Assembly (NCBI GenBank): GCA_044345405.1
Contig: JBIJBE010000011.1
Span: 21,212-85,211 of the forward strand
Reading direction: 5' to 3'
Length of the DNA stretch: 64,000 nt
From: Bdellovibrionota bacterium
Lineage (GTDB): Bacteria > Bdellovibrionota_C > UBA2361 > OMII01
Shown piece after piece: positions 63,031-64,000 of this stretch. The translations under genes were made by a program, and so were the position numbers. Position 1 is the first letter of the stretch; each line of letters opens with the position of its first letter. The notes beneath the pieces were generated by a model that saw only the letters and a list, made by a program, of their open reading frames with translations, was not told the origin of the DNA and searched no databases.

Positions 63031-63807
63031 ATGTTAAATTCAACAGTAGTAGGCCGCGTCGATATCACCCCCGAACTTATGGTCCTTCAGGTTAAGCCTG
63101 ATGGTGGCGTTCCCGCATTTCAGCCTGGGCAGTATGTCGCCCTTGGGTTGCCAGGTTCCGCCCCCCGGTATGAGGGTGCTCCAGAGGAGCCAGAGGCCCC
63201 CGCCGCCGATAAGCTCATCAAGCGCGCCTACTCGATCGGTTCCTCGCCAGCGACCGCGGATTACTTTGAGTTCTATATCGCTGTCGTTCCAACTGGAGCC
63301 CTTACGTCACGACTCGCGGTGGTGAAGCCTGGCGACCGCATCTTCTCGCAACCGAAGGTGACGGGAACCTTCACCCTTGATGGGGTTCCTCACGGACACA
63401 ACCTCGTGCTCGTATCAACCGGTACGGGTCTCGCTCCCTTCATGTCGATGGTGCGCACGCCGAGCGTATGGACACCTGGTCGCAAGATCACGGTTGTTCA
63501 CGGTGTTCGCTACCCTCAAGATTTCGCGTATGCTGATGAGCTCGGCTCGTTCTCGTCGTCGAATCCTGGATTTACCTATCTTCCGATCGCGAGCCGCGCT
63601 GACGCGTCCTTTACAGGTCGCAAGGGGCGTGTTCAAGCGCTCTTCGAGGATGGCTCGATTCAACTCACTCCTGAGACCGACCACGTGTACCTGTGTGGAA
63701 ATCCCGCGATGATCGACGACCTTGAGCGCGACCTCACCACGAAGCTCGGCTATGTCGTTCATTCCAAGAAGACCCCGGGCAATTTACACGTTGAGAAGTA
63801 TTGGTAG
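63031..63807 (+). CDS. fpr: Ferredoxin(flavodoxin)-NADP+ reductase
   Basis: PGQY, RAYSI, GALT, TGTGLAPF, LCGNP.MI, EKYW. Confidence 0.95.
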   Translation: MLNSTVVGRVDITPELMVLQVKPDGGVPAFQPGQYVALGLPGSAPRYEGAPEEPEAPAADKLIKRAYSIGSSPATADYFEFYIAVVPTGALTSRLAVVKPGDRIFSQPKVTGTFTLDGVPHGHNLVLVSTGTGLAPFMSMVRTPSVWTPGRKITVVHGVRYPQDFAYADELGSFSSSNPGFTYLPIASRADASFTGRKGRVQALFEDGSIQLTPETDHVYLCGNPAMIDDLERDLTTKLGYVVHSKKTPGNLHVEKYW

Positions 63808-63840
63808 GATTAATGCATTAGGATGCGCGGCCCGGTAGGC

Positions 63841-63935
63841 GGGAGGTCGACCATTGCTGATCGCCGAATTTTCACGCATCTTGAGGTATTCTTGCCTTAC
63901 GAAACCTTGCGGCGACCAGGAATGGTCGCCCTCCC
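63841..63935. repeat. REPIN-like element with a degenerate left arm
   Basis: gggaggtcgaccattgctgatcgccg ... cggcgaccaggaatggtcgccctccc. Confidence 0.8.
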
Positions 63936-63960
63936 AATGTGCTATTCGTGAGTGTGGTCT

Positions 63961-64000
63961 TTCGTTTATTCGAAGAAGACGCCGGGCAATTTGCACGTTG
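63961..64000 (+). repeat. Diverged duplicate of the fpr 3' end, running to the window edge
   Basis: 35/40 identity to 63754-63793; translates FVYSKKTPGNLHV versus VVHSKKTPGNLHV. Confidence 0.85.

Overview
Bacterial chromosomal segment using the standard code (TAG ends many genes at their canonical positions). Gene content suggests a Gram-negative, deltaproteobacteria/Bdellovibrionota-like organism; this is an inference, not a classification. 1-23 kb: mixed housekeeping genes (partial GT51/PBP, alr, mgsA, rsmE, DsbA-like, metF-like, stand-alone nuoI, DUF1329, sspB, two GT-C glycosyltransferases, stand-alone rpsN, MFS, Nudix, nfo), an H-NOX/H-NOBA kinase pair and a hybrid kinase. 23.5-52 kb: a large surface-glycan island, visibly more AT-rich from about 41 kb. 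It holds a dehydrogenase-aminotransferase-LpxA-like-GT2 operon facing a GT-C protein, a large secreted repeat protein, wzm/wzt, multidomain glycosyltransferases, a 6-deoxysugar trio, an acyltransferase-glycosidase fusion broken by one in-frame TAG, and a YfhO/GtrB pair. 52-64 kb: ppa, RNA-modification genes, csaA, uppP, a hybrid kinase with Hpt, a TPR-like protein, trmL and fpr. Non-coding features: a 6S-RNA-like hairpin before metF; seven loci of a REP/REPIN-like family with covarying stems, three carrying small inserts in the loop; and a diverged duplicate of the fpr 3' end. No tRNA, rRNA, CRISPR array, integrase or transposase was recognised. All calls are by-eye motif recognition; no database searches were run.
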